64,000 bases of DNA, taken from assembly GCA_032718475.1 (NCBI GenBank), contig JAUCBJ010008430.1, forward strand, positions 1-64,000. Reading direction: 5' to 3'. The notes under the pieces were generated by a model. It saw nothing but the letters and a program-made list of their open reading frames with translations. It did no database searches and had not been told where the DNA came from. Below, piece after piece: positions 39,701 through 53,372 of the stretch. Position numbers and translations under genes: made by a program. Every line of letters starts with the position of its first letter. Position 1 is the first letter of the stretch. Source of the DNA: Nemertoderma westbladi (lineage: Eukaryota; Animalia; Xenacoelomorpha).

Positions 39701-42700
39701 GTTTGTAGTAAAACCCATAAATGTACACTCTGTTCCAGGTTTGTAGTAAAACCCATAAATGTATACTCTGTTCCAGGTTAGAAGTAAAACCCATAAATGT
39801 ATACTCTGTTCCAGGTTTGTAGTAAAACCAATAAATGTATACTCTGTTCCAGGTTAGAAGTAAAACCCATAAATGTATACTCTGTTCCAGGTTAGAAGTA
39901 AAACCCATAAATGTATACTCTGTTCCAGGTTAGAAGTAAAACCCATAAATGTATACTCTGTTCCAGGTTTGTAGTAAAACCCATAAATGTATACTCTGTT
40001 CCAGGTTTGTAGTAAAACCCATAAATGTATACTCTGTTCCAGGTTAGAAGTAAAACCCATAAATGTATACTCTGTTCCAGGTTAGAAGTAAAACCCATAA
40101 ATGTATACTCTGTTCCAGGTTTGTAGTAAAACCCATAAATGTATACTCTGTTCCAGGTTTGTAGTAAAACCCATAAATGTATACTCTGTTCCAGGTTTGT
40201 AGTAAAACCCATAAATGTATACTCTGTTCCAGGTTAGAAGTAAAACCCATAAATGTATACTCTGTTCCAGGTTTGTAGTAAAACCCATAAATGTATACTC
40301 TGTTCCAGGTTTGTAGTAAAACCCATAGATGTATACTCTGTTCCAGGTTAGACATAAAACCCATAGATGTATACTCTGTTCCAGGTTTGTAGTAAAACCC
40401 ATAAATGTATACTCTGTTCCAGGTTTGTAGTAAAACCCATAAATGTATACTCTGTTCCAGGTTTGTAGTAAAACCCATAAATGTATACTCTGTTCCAGGT
40501 TTGTAGTAAAACCCATAAATGTATACTCTGTTCCAGGTTAGACATAAAACCCATAGATGTATACTCTGTTCCAGGTTTGTAGTAAAACCCATAAATGTAT
40601 ACTCTGTTCCAGGTTTGTAGTAAAACCCATAAATGTATACTCTGTTCCAGGTTTGTAGTAAAACCCATAAATGTATACTCTGTTCCAGGTTTGTAGTAAA
40701 ACCCATAAATGTATACTCTGTTCCAGGTTTGTAGTAAAACCAATAAATGTATACTCTGTTCCAGGTTAGAAGTAAAACCCATTAATGTATACTCTGTTCC
40801 AGGTTAGAAGTAAAACCCATAAATGTATACTCTGTTCCAGGTTTGTAGTAAAACCCATAGATGTATACTCTGTTCCAGGTTTGTAGTAAAACCAATAAAT
40901 GTATACTCTGTTCCAGGTTTGTAGTAAAACCCATAAATGTATACTCTGTTCCAGGTTTGTAGTAAAACCCATAAATGTATACTCTGTTCCAGGTTTGTAG
41001 TAAAACCCATAAATGTATACTCTGTTCCAGGTTTGTAGTAAAACCCATAAATGTATACTCTGTTCCAGGTTTGTAGTAAAACCCATAAATGTATACTCTG
41101 TTCCAGGTTTGTAGTAAAACCCATAAATGTATACTCTGTTCCAGGTTTGTAGTAAAACCAATAAATGTATACTCTGTTCCAGGTTAGAAGTAAAACCCAT
41201 TAATGTATACTCTGTTCCAGGTTAGAAGTAAAACCCATAAATGTATACTCTGTTCCAGGTTTGTAGTAAAACCCATAGATGTATACTCTGTTCCAGGTTT
41301 GTAGTAAAACCAATAAATGTATACTCTGTTCCAGGTTTGTAGTAAAACCAATAAATGTATACTCTGTTCCAGGTTTGTAGTAAAACCCATAAATGTATAC
41401 TCTGTTCCAGGTTTGTAGTAAAACCAATAAATGTATACTCTGTTCCAGGTTTGTAGTAAAACCCATAGATGTATACTCTGTTCCAGGTTTGTAGTAAAAC
41501 CCATAAATGTATACTCTGTTCCAGGTTTGTAGTAAAACCCATAATGTATACTCTGTTCCAGGTTTGTAGTAAAACCCATAAATGTATACTCTGTTCCAGG
41601 TTTGTAGTAAAACCCATAAATGTATACTCTGTTCCAGGTTTGTAGTAAAACCCATAAATGTATACTCTGTTCCAGGTTTGTAGTAAAACCCATAAATGTA
41701 TACTCTGTTCCAGGTTTGTAGTAAAACCCATAAATGTATACTCTGTTCCAGGTTTGTAGTAAAACCCATAAATGTATACTCTGTTCCAGGTTTGTAGTAA
41801 AACCCATAAATGTATACTCTGTTCCAGGTTTGTAGTAAAACCCATAAATGTATACTCTGTTCCAGGTTTGTAGTAAAACCCATAAATGTATACTCTGTTC
41901 CAGGTTTGTAGTAAAACCCATAAATGTATACTCTGTTCCAGGTTTGTAGTAAAACCCATAAATGTATACTCTGTTCCAGGTTTGTAGTAAAACCCATAAA
42001 TGTATACTCTGTTCCAGGTTTGTAGTAAAACCCATAAATGTATACTCTGTTCCAGGTTTGTAGTAAAACCCATAAATGTATACTCTGTTCCAGGTTTGTA
42101 GTAAAACCCATAAATGTATACTCTGTTCCAGGTTTGTAGTAAAACCCATAAATGTATACTCTGTTCCAGGTTTGTAGTAAAACCCATAAATGTATACTCT
42201 GTTCCAGGTTTGTAGTAAAACCCATAAATGTATACTCTGTTCCAGGTTTGTAGTAAAACCCATAAATGTATACTCTGTTCCAGGTTTGTAGTAAAACCCA
42301 TAAATGTATACTCTGTTCCAGGTTTGTAGTAAAACCCATAAATGTATACTCTGTTCCAGGTTTGTAGTAAAACCCATAAATGTATACTCTGTTCCAGGTT
42401 TGTAGTAAAACCCATAAATGTATACTCTGTTCCAGGTTTGTAGTAAAACCCATAAATGTATACTCTGTTCCAGGTTTGTAGTAAAACCCATAAATGTATA
42501 CTCTGTTCCAGGTTTGTAGTAAAACCCATAAATGTATACTCTGTTCCAGGTTTGTAGTAAAACCCATAAATGTATACTCTGTTCCAGGTTTGTAGTAAAA
42601 CCCATAAATGTATACTCTGTTCCAGGTTTGTAGTAAAACCCATAAATGTATACTCTGTTCCAGGTTTGTAGTAAAACCCATAAATGTATACTCTGTTCCA

Positions 42701-45700
42701 GGTTTGTAGTAAAACCCATAAATGTATACTCTGTTCCAGGTTTGTAGTAAAACCCATAAATGTATACTCTGTTCCAGGTTTGTAGTAAAACCCATAAATG
42801 TATACTCTGTTCCAGGTTTGTAGTAAAACCCATAAATGTATACTCTGTTCCAGGTTTGTAGTAAAACCCATAAATGTATACTCTGTTCCAGGTTTGTAGT
42901 AAAACCCATAAATGTATACTCTGTTCCAGGTTTGTAGTAAAACCCATAAATGTATACTCTGTTCCAGGTTTGTAGTAAAACCCATAAATGTATACTCTGT
43001 TCCAGGTTTGTAGTAAAACCCATAAATGTATACTCTGTTCCAGGTTTGTAGTAAAACCCATAAATGTATACTCTGTTCCAGGTTTGTAGTAAAACCCATA
43101 AATGTATACTCTGTTCCAGGTTTGTAGTAAAACCCATAAATGTATACTCTGTTCCAGGTTTGTAGTAAAACCCATAAATGTATACTCTGTTCCAGGTTTG
43201 TAGTAAAACCCATAAATGTATACTCTGTTCCAGGTTTGTAGTAAAACCCATAAATGTATACTCTGTTCCAGGTTTGTAGTAAAACCCATAAATGTATACT
43301 CTGTTCCAGGTTTGTAGTAAAACCCATAAATGTATACTCTGTTCCAGGTTTGTAGTAAAACCCATAAATGTATACTCTGTTCCAGGTTTGTAGTAAAACC
43401 CATAAATGTATACTCTGTTCCAGGTTTGTAGTAAAACCCATAAATGTATACTCTGTTCCAGGTTTGTAGTAAAACCCATAAATGTATACTCTGTTCCAGG
43501 TTTGTAGTAAAACCCATAAATGTATACTCTGTTCCAGGTTTGTAGTAAAACCCATAAATGTATACTCTGTTCCAGGTTTGTAGTAAAACCCATAAATGTA
43601 TACTCTGTTCCAGGTTTGTAGTAAAACCCATAAATGTATACTCTGTTCCAGGTTTGTAGTAAAACCCATAAATGTATACTCTGTTCCAGGTTTGTAGTAA
43701 AACCCATAAATGTATACTCTGTTCCAGGTTTGTAGTAAAACCCATAAATGTATACTCTGTTCCAGGTTTGTAGTAAAACCCATAAATGTATACTCTGTTC
43801 CAGGTTTGTAGTAAAACCCATAAATGTATACTCTGTTCCAGGTTTGTAGTAAAACCCATAAATGTATACTCTGTTCCAGGTTTGTAGTAAAACCCATAAA
43901 TGTATACTCTGTTCCAGGTTTGTAGTAAAACCCATAAATGTATACTCTGTTCCAGGTTTGTAGTAAAACCCATAAATGTATACTCTGTTCCAGGTTTGTA
44001 GTAAAACCCATAAATGTATACTCTGTTCCAGGTTTGTAGTAAAACCCATAAATGTATACTCTGTTCCAGGTTTGTAGTAAAACCCATAAATGTATACTCT
44101 GTTCCAGGTTTGTAGTAAAACCCATAAATGTATACTCTGTTCCAGGTTTGTAGTAAAACCCATAAATGTATACTCTGTTCCAGGTTTGTAGTAAAACCCA
44201 TAAATGTATACTCTGTTCCAGGTTTGTAGTAAAACCCATAAATGTATACTCTGTTCCAGGTTTGTAGTAAAACCCATAAATGTATACTCTGTTCCAGGTT
44301 TGTAGTAAAACCCATAAATGTATACTCTGTTCCAGGTTTGTAGTAAAACCCATAAATGTATACTCTGTTCCAGGTTTGTAGTAAAACCCATAAATGTATA
44401 CTCTGTTCCAGGTTTGTAGTAAAACCCATAAATGTATACTCTGTTCCAGGTTTGTAGTAAAACCCATAAATGTATACTCTGTTCCAGGTTTGTAGTAAAA
44501 CCCATAAATGTATACTCTGTTCCAGGTTTGTAGTAAAACCCATAAATGTATACTCTGTTCCAGGTTTGTAGTAAAACCCATAAATGTATACTCTGTTCCA
44601 GGTTTGTAGTAAAACCCATAAATGTATACTCTGTTCCAGGTTTGTAGTAAAACCCATAAATGTATACTCTGTTCCAGGTTTGTAGTAAAACCCATAAATG
44701 TATACTCTGTTCCAGGTTTGTAGTAAAACCCATAAATGTATACTCTGTTCCAGGTTTGTAGTAAAACCCATAAATGTATACTCTGTTCCAGGTTTGTAGT
44801 AAAACCCATAAATGTATACTCTGTTCCAGGTTTGTAGTAAAACCCATAAATGTATACTCTGTTCCAGGTTTGTAGTAAAACCCATAAATGTATACTCTGT
44901 TCCAGGTTTGTAGTAAAACCCATAAATGTATACTCTGTTCCAGGTTTGTAGTAAAACCCATAAATGTATACTCTGTTCCAGGTTTGTAGTAAAACCCATA
45001 AATGTATACTCTGTTCCAGGTTTGTAGTAAAACCCATAAATGTATACTCTGTTCCAGGTTTGTAGTAAAACCCATAAATGTATACTCTGTTCCAGGTTTG
45101 TAGTAAAACCAATAAATGTATACTCTGTTCCAGGTTTGTAGTAAAACCAATAGATGTATACTCTGTTCCAGGTTTGTAGTAAAACCCATAGATGTATACT
45201 CTGTTCCAGGTTTGTAGTAAAACCCATAGATGTATACTCTGTTCCAGGTTTGTAGTAAAACCCATAAATGTATACTCTGTTCCAGGTTTGTAGTAAAACC
45301 CATAGATGTATACTCTGTTCCAGGTTTGTAGTAAAACCCATAAATGTATACTCTGTTCCAGGTTTGTAGTAAAACCCATAGATGTATACTCTGTTCCAGG
45401 TTTGTAGTAAAACCCATAAATGTATACTCTGTTCCAGGTTTGTAGTAAAACCCATAAATGTATACTCTGTTCCAGGTTTGTAGTAAAACCCATAGATGTA
45501 TACTCTGTTCCAGGTTTGTAGTAAAACCCATAAATGTATACTCTGTTCCAGGTTTGTAGTAAAACCCATAGATGTATACTCTGTTCCAGGTTTGTAGTAA
45601 AACCCATAAATGTATACTCTGTTCCAGGTTTGTAGTAAAACCCATAAATGTATACTCTGTTCCAGGTTTGTAGTAAAACCCATAAATGTATACTCTGTTC

Positions 45701-47270
45701 CAGGTTTGTAGTAAAACCAATAGATGTATACTCTGTTCCAGGTTTGTAGTAAAACCCATAAATGTATACTCTGTTCCAGGTTTGTAGTAAAACCCATAAA
45801 TGTATACTCTGTTCCAGGTTTGTAGTAAAACCCATAAATGTATACTCTTCCAGGTTAGAAGTAAAACCCATAAATGTATACTCTGTTCCAGGTTTGTAGT
45901 AAAACCCATAAATGTATACTCTGTTCCAGGTTTGTAGTAAAACCCATAAATGTATACTCTGTTCCAGGTTAGAAGTAAAACCCATAAATGTATACTCTGT
46001 TCCAGGTTTGTAGTAAAACCCATAGATGTATACTCTGTTCCAGGTTTGTAGTAAAACCCATAAATGTATACTCTGTTCCAGGTTTGTAGTAAAACCCATA
46101 AATGTATACTCTGTTCCAGGTTTGTAGTAAAACCAATAGATGTATACTCTGTTCCAGGTTTGTAGTAAAACCCATAAATGTATACTCTGTTCCAGGTTTG
46201 TAGTAAAACCCATAAATGTATACTCTGTTCCAGGTTTGTAGTAAAACCCATAAATGTATACTCTGTTCCAGGTTTGTAGTAAAACCCATAAATGTATACT
46301 CTGTTCCAGGTTAGAAGTAAAACCCATAAATGTATACTCTGTTCCAGGTTTGTAGTAAAACCCATAGATGTATACTCTGTTCCAGGTTTGTAGTAAAACC
46401 CATAAATGTATACTCTGTTCCAGGTTTGTAGTAAAACCCATAAATGTATACTCTGTTCCAGGTTTGTAGTAAAACCAATAGATGTATACTCTGTTCCAGG
46501 TTTGTAGTAAAACCCATAAATGTATACTCTGTTCCAGGTTTGTAGTAAAACCCATAAATGTATACTCTGTTCCAGGTTTGTAGTAAAACCCATAATGTAT
46601 ACTCTGTTCCAGGTTTGTAGTAAAACCCATAAATGTATACTCTGTTCCAGGTTTGTAGTAAAACCCATAGATGTATACTCTGTTCCAGGTTTGTAGTAAA
46701 ACCCATAAATGTATACTCTGTTCCAGGTTTGTAGTAAAACCCATAAATGTATACTCTGTTCCAGGTTTGTAGTAAAACCCATAAATGTATACTCTGTTCC
46801 AGGTTTGTAGTAAAACCAATAGATGTATACTCTGTTCCAGGTTTGTAGTAAAACCCATAAATGTATACTCTGTTCCAGGTTTGTAGTAAAACCCATAAAT
46901 GTATACTCTGTTCCAGGTTTGTAGTAAAACCCATAAATGTATACTCTGTTCCAGGTTTGTAGTAAAACCCATAAATGTATACTCTGTTCCAGGTTTGTAG
47001 TAAAACCCATAGATGTATACTCTGTTCCAGGTTTGTAGTAAAACCCATAAATGTATACTCTGTTCCAGGTTTGTAGTAAAACCCATAGATGTATACTCTG
47101 TTCCAGGTTTGTAGTAAAACCCATAAATGTATACTCTGTTCCAGGTTTGTAGTAAAACCCATAAATGTATACTCTGTTCCAGGTTTGTAGTAAAACCCAT
47201 AGATGTATACTCTGTTCCAGGTTTGTAGTAAAACCCATAAATGTATACTCTGTTCCAGGTTTGTAGTAAA
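39676..47270 (+). repeat. Splice-donor minisatellite 3, 38-bp unit, ~200 copies
   Basis: Unit CCCATAAATGTATACTCTGTTCCAG|GTTTGTAGTAAAA equals the last 25 exon nt plus the first 13 intron nt. Confidence 0.97.
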
Positions 47271-47329
47271 ATTAAGTGTTTTTTAATTTTATTTAGGTAT
47301 TTATTTATATTATTTATTTTTCATTATAG

Positions 47330-47448
47330 GTGCGTTTATTTCAATGACATGTTTGAAAATAAATGGGCTGATAAACAAATGATAACATTGAAGAACGCCT
47401 CTGTTAAATTAACAGCGTTTAAGCATATCCTTACTTTCATTTACACAG
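47330..47448 (+). CDS. ABTB1: ABTB1 exon 3
   Basis: tatag|CVYFNDMFENKW...AFKHILTFIYTG|gtaatt. Confidence 0.92.
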
Positions 47449-48338
47449 GTAATTAGTTAATTATTAACAGCGTTTAAGCATATCCTTACTTTCATTTACA
47501 CAGGTAATTAGTTAATTATTAACAGCGTTTAAGCATATCCTTACTTTCATTTACACAGGTAATTAGTTAATCATGAACAGCGTTTAAGCATATCCTTACT
47601 TTCATTTACGCAGGTAATTTAGTTAATTATTAACAGCGTTTAAGCATATCCTTACTTTCATTTACACAGGTAATTAGTTAATTATTAACAGCGTTTAAGC
47701 ATATCCTTACTTTCATTTACACAGGTAATTAGTTAATTATTAACAGCGTTTAAGCATATCCTTACTTTCATTTACACAGGTAATTAGTTAATTATTAACA
47801 GCGTTTAAGCATATCCTTACTTTCATTTACACAGGTAATTAGTTAATTATTAACAGCGTTTAAGCATATCCTTACTTTCATTTACACAGGTAATTAGTTA
47901 ATTATTAACAGCGTTTAAGCATATCCTTACTTTCATTTACACAGATAATTAGTTAATTATTAACAGCGTTTAAGCATATCCTTACTTTCATTTACACAGA
48001 TAATTAGTTAATTATTAACAGCGTTTAAGCATATCCTTACTTTCATTTACACAGGTAATTAGTTAATTATTAACAGCGTTTAAGCATATCCTTACTTTCA
48101 TTTACACAGATAATTAGTTAATTATTAACAGCGTTTAAGCATATCCTTACTTTCATTTACACAGATAATTAGTTAATTATTAACAGCGTTTAAGCATATC
48201 CTTACTTTCATTTACACAGATAATTAGTTAATTATTAACAGCGTTTAAGCATATCCTTACTTTCATTTACACAGGTAATTAGTTAATTATTAACAGCGTT
48301 TAAGCATATCCTTACTTTCATTTACACAGGTAATTAGT
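47409..48338 (+). repeat. Splice-donor minisatellite 4, 55-bp unit, ~17 copies (plus one detached copy at ~49984-50042)
   Basis: Unit TTAACAGCGTTTAAGCATATCCTTACTTTCATTTACACAG|GTAATTAGTTAATTA equals the last 40 exon nt plus 15 intron nt. Confidence 0.95.
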
Positions 48339-49980
48339 TTATGGGTTTTTATTCATTTATGGGTTCTTACCGTAGGCAGGCACATCTGTGTGATGAACAC
48401 TTACCCTCTCCTGTATGTATTATATCTGTATGTATGTCTAGGCCTGGTTTTAACCATTAACTTTAGTGTATATATTTAAACTTATACTGTGGGGCGAGCC
48501 ACGAAGTGAGTGAGCCTTAGCGTAGTGGTACCATTAATCAACCTGTCGTTCTGTCGATCTGTCGCGTTCAATTTTAAACGTTAATAACTCGGCCAATCTT
48601 TGATGAAATCTATCCAACTTGGTACACATGTTGTTTGGCAAAAGTTTAGAAATTTTCCAAGTAGAATTTCCGTGTGGCCTTCGAGAAGCTAAGATAATAG
48701 CAGTTAATTAGTTAATTAAGTTGATTACGGTAAAAACACCATTTTCAACCTGCCTTTTAAAGGAAATTAATTGTTTTACAGTATAAGATTTAAATAATTA
48801 TAATTAAAAATTACACAGATGTAATCCACATACGCCATTCTATTATAGTTTTTAATTAGTTCAAGTGATTTGCTTTAATAATTGTGTCTTTAATTGATCT
48901 AAAGTAATTAAAACGGCAAAAAAAATTGATTCTCATTAAATACTGATCATTTATTGGTCAACATCCAAGTTGGCTCGGTGCTGGTACATAGGATAGGAAG
49001 GATGTTTGGGGTGTGTAGAACAGCCATAGTTGCTCTTCAATGGGAATGCGAATGTAAGTAACCACATGTGTACAGGCCGGTAGATAGATTGGCCATAGCT
49101 AGCTAACGAGATGGAAATCTGAATTCCCTACTATTCAGTCTATTATTGTGTTATTGTGTGTTAGACAGATCTCATTTAATAAATGTCAGTCAATAACATT
49201 TTACCACTGCAGAAGGCTTATTTATATCCATACTTGTTTTTTCCTTTGGGGATTTCTTTGTAGTTGAATTGTCTAAGTTTTTACACTGAGGCATTAACAG
49301 AGGGTACTGGTATTAAATTATTTATTTGAATATCATTACTGCATCGACTGAATTTAGTACTGCGTTCTGCGTTGATTATATTCCTATAAACCATTCCTGG
49401 TTTCGCATATTGCACGTATCCATAGTTATAAAGATTGCCAGTCTGCGTTTAGGAAATATATTTAAATACAAAACAGGACGAACGCAACGACGCTTATAAT
49501 AATTAAGACGAGTACGGCGTTGATTATATTCCTATACACCACCTGGCTTTGCATATTGAACGTGCGATTGGAAATAAGTTCGTTCTACCCTTCCGTGGGT
49601 GGTAGATGTCGCGGTTATGTATTGGTGGTTGGGAAGGGTGGGGGGGTGGAGAGATTAAAAGGGGTGAACACGTACTGTCCCCCTTTCTTGGATTGATTGG
49701 TGGTGTGGGTAAATTTCTCAAAACCTGATTTTGTGATACAGTCGCTCAATTTTAATTTGTATCTCATAACTGGGCCTCGTGCTGCGCGAAGGCCCCACGA
49801 ACGTGTATAAATAGCATATTAGTCACATTACATTATACATTTGTTCTAAACATTTGAGCCCGTCGACTTTGGCCTTTTTAATTATCAGTTACGGTGTATT
49901 TAGTATACTAATAACTGCCAACAGTCAGCTTGCTGACTGAAGTTTTAAGGCTAATAAATTGAATTGATTGATTGATAGTT
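48339..49980 (+). mobile_element. Insertion splitting array 4: LINE-like 3' end with a nested DINE/HINE-like element (~48482-49808)
   Basis: Ends with the CAGTCAGCTTGCTGACTG hairpin, AATAAA and an (ATTG)n tail. The inner piece is bounded by TATACTGTGGGGC...GCCCCAC..GTATA and has CTGTC repeats near its 5' end. Confidence 0.45.
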
Positions 49981-50232
49981 CATTATTAACAGCGTTTAAG
50001 CATATCCTTACTTTCATTTACACAGGTAATTAGTTAATTATTTTATACCAAATTCATTATTTTATTTTCAATCCGCGATAATTCATTAATATATTTTCAT
50101 TCTGGTGAATTTCCGTTTTTAGATATTTTTATGTTTTATATGGGCGATAAATCTGTCAGGACGTTTTGCTCATTCATACTAGCAATGTTCGAGCTGCGCG
50201 AAGTTAGTTAGTTAATATTAATTTATTAACAG

Positions 50233-50349
50233 GTCGACTGAATATAGCCACTAGTGAGGTTGAAGATGTACAACGTTTAGCCAAACAATGTCGCCTTTAT
50301 CAAATCATTAACGATATTGACTGTCAACTACGGAAAGTTTACGAATTTG
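50233..50349 (+). CDS. ABTB1: ABTB1 exon 4
   Basis: taacag|(G)RLNIATSEVEDVQRLAKQCRL...KVYEF|gttagt. Confidence 0.9.
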
Positions 50350-50539
50350 GTTAGTTTCATTATTGTCTCGACCTTCACTTTTTGATTGTCCCAAATTCCG
50401 ACTATTGAGTGAGTGTAGCGGTTTACTTAATGTGTTATCGTTGTTATTATTCATTATTAACGGTACTAAAGTTTACGTTAGGCAATATATTTGCACATTA
50501 ATTTTGGATTAACCCTTATTTTATTTTCGTCTATAGATT

Positions 50540-51253
50540 TACCGCGCTGGGTCAAAATCACTAAAAGTGGCCAAAACTGAACAAAAACATTAGACACGCC
50601 GTAACTTTTGACTTCCTCGATCATTTCCAATAATTTATATATTATTAAAATGACCGGCATTTTTTGGTGGCAACCTTGTATAAATTTTTCAGAATCTCTG
50701 CGCGAATTCAAAAAAACATAGATTTTTCAGTTTAGACACTCAATACATAAGTTAAAAGCATTTCAATTTTATAATGTTAATGAACCAAATAATGTTGATA
50801 TCTATTGTTTGAAAGAGCATAAAATTCTGCAGAAGCGAATATATTATTTATTGTTGTCCAATGTATCGTAAGGTACGTCTATCAGTAAAAATAAACATTA
50901 GATAATTTTATGTTTTTTTTGTGTCCCAGCCCCCCCCCCCCCCCCCCCCCCCCCTGTAATGCTCTATACTCTCCTTATAAAATATGTAGCTCCCCTGTAA
51001 TGCGACCCCCCTGTAATTCTCTATACAGTACTACTATTGCTATACGAAAATGGCAGTACAGGGGGGACTTAACTTAAAACCCAAATAGAATTAGTGAAGT
51101 AAATTTTAATAGCTGCCCACCGCGCTCATTGAATTATCCTTAAAAAGAGCTTTCGAATTATATATATGTTTATAGATTATGAAGGAAAATTTTTTTGACG
51201 AAAATCCCATCGTAAATTTGGCCACATTTAGTGATTTTGACCCCGCTATGGTG
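50540..51253. mobile_element. MITE with ~35-bp TIRs
   Basis: GGGTCAAAATCACTAAAAGTGGCCAAA / TTTGGCCACATTTAGTGATTTTGACCC, with an internal poly-C tract. Confidence 0.6.
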
Positions 51254-51385
51254 TTTATGTTGAATCTAGACATTTAAATGGTTCTATTTTAAATTATTTT
51301 GTTTGTATGTATAGTTAGTTACCGGTATATCGCAATGTAATCTGTTTTGTTCTTATCTATTTAAAATCGACACCAGAAGAGCAGA

Positions 51386-52920
51386 TAGCTGGTGTAGTGG
51401 TCACTCACCAACCAGCTGGTGGCGTGGTCTCTCACCAACCAGCTGGTGGCGTGGTCTCTCACCAACCAGCTGGTGGCGTGGTCTCTCACCAACCAGCTGG
51501 TGGCTTGGTCACTCACCAGCCATGTGGTGGCGTGGTCACTCACCAACCAGCTGGTGGCGTGGCACTCACCAACCAGCTGGTGGCGTGGTCACTCGCCAAC
51601 CAGCTGGTGGCGTGGTCACTCACCAACCAGCTGGTGGCTTGGTCACTCACCAATCAGCTGGTAGCGTGGTCTCTCGCCAACCAGCTGGTGGAGTGGTCAC
51701 TCACCAACCAGCTGGTGGCGCGGTCACTCGCCAATCAGCTGGTGGCGTGGTCACTCACCAACCAGCTGGTGGCGTGGTCACTCACCAATCAGCTGATGGC
51801 GTGGTCTCTCGCCAACCAGCTGGTGGCGTGGTCACTCGCCAACCAGCTGGTGGCGTGGTCACTCGCCAACCAGCTGGTGGCGTGGTCACTCACCAACCAG
51901 CTGGTGGCGTGGTCACTCACCAACCAGCTGGTGGCGTGGCCACTCACCAACCAGCTGGCGGCGTGGTCACCTACCAACCAGCTGGTGGCGTGGTCACTCG
52001 CCAACCAGCTGGTGGCGTGGTCACTCACCAACCAGCTGGTGGCGTGGTGACTCGCCAACCAGCTGGTGGCGTGGTCACTCACCAACCAGCTGGTGCCGTG
52101 GTCACTCGCCAACCAGCTGGTGGCGTGGTCACTCGCCAACCAGCTGGTGGCGTGGTCACTCGCCAACCAGCTGCTGGCGTGGTGACTCGCCAACCAGATG
52201 GTGGCGTGGTCACTCGCCAACCAGCTGGTGGCGTGGTCACTCACTCACCAGCTGGTGGCGCGGTCACTCGCCAACCAGCTGATGGAGTGGCACTCACTAA
52301 CCAGCTGGTGGCGTGGTCACTCACCAACCAGCTGGTGCCGTGGTCACTCGCCAACCAGCTGGTGGTCACTCGCCAACCAGCTGGTGGCGTGGTCACTCGC
52401 CAACCAGCTGGTGGCGTGGTCACTCGCCAACCAGCTGGTGGCGTGGTCACTCACCAACCAGCTAGTGACGTGGTCACTCACCAACCAGCTGGTGGCGTGG
52501 TCACTCGCCAACCAGCTGGTGGCGTGGTCACTCACCAACCAGCTAGTGACGTGGTCACTCACCAACCAGCTGGTGGCGTGGTCACTCGCCAACCAGCTGG
52601 TGGCGTGGTCACTCGCCAACCAGCTGGTGGCGTGCTCACTCACCAACCAACTGGTGGCGTGGTCACTCACCAACCAGCTGTTGGGGCGGTCACTCACCAA
52701 CCAGCTGGTGACGTGGTCACTCGCCAACCAGCTGGTAGCGTGGTCACTCGCCAACCAGCCGGTGGCGTGGTCACTCGCCAACCAGCTGGTGGCGTGGTCA
52801 CTCACCAACCAACTGGTGACGTGGTCCCTCGCCTGCCAACTGGTGGAGTGGTCCCTCGCCAACCATCTGGTGGAGTGGTCACTCGCCTGCCAACTGGTGG
52901 AGTGGTCACTCGCCAGTCAC
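51386..52920. repeat. Minisatellite, 27-bp unit, ~56 copies
   Basis: GGTCACTCACCAACCAGCTGGTGGCGT, with palindromic core ACCAGCTGGT. Confidence 0.95.
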
Positions 52921-53372
52921 GTTACTCGTTTTGCTTCTAGCTGGATGTCCCGGGTACCATCCAACTGTATTTATAATTATTTATCAATTTTGTTCAAATA
53001 AATAATTAGTTAAAGATATGATTCAACTTAATATAATTAATTGTTTTATAATTGCGATATTGCTATAATGAAAGTACCTAATCAAAATCTTTATCAACAT
53101 TACGTCTTCGTCACCACTCAAATCTCCATTAAATCTGCCGTACCACTGACCTCTGGTGACCACTATATCGTAATGTACGTTGTTGTGGTGTCATACATTG
53201 CAAACCCATGCCTGGCAAGTTACAACTTTATGCCCCAACTTCAAATTATCTTAATCATCATCGGGAGTAATGTCACCTAAATTTCGCGCGTTTCAATTTT
53301 CTAACGACCACCGGTAGGACAATTTGTGTTGTACTCTGATTTGACAAGCCCGTTTCCTGGATAATAAACAAA

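Noticed and set aside
41184-47238. 1500-2000-aa ORFs in all three minus frames
   Set aside because: They follow automatically from a stop-free 38-bp unit. All frames give the same periodic peptide, and the unit derives from the ABTB1 exon/donor on the other strand.
31972-48338. Array units as alternating micro-exons and 8-22-nt GT..AG mini-introns
   Set aside because: Such introns are too short for a normal animal spliceosome, and the genes splice into complete proteins without them.
51397-53001. (VVTHQPAGG)n protein from the 27-bp repeat
   Set aside because: Indels break the frame, there is no ATG or splice context, and other frames are equally open.
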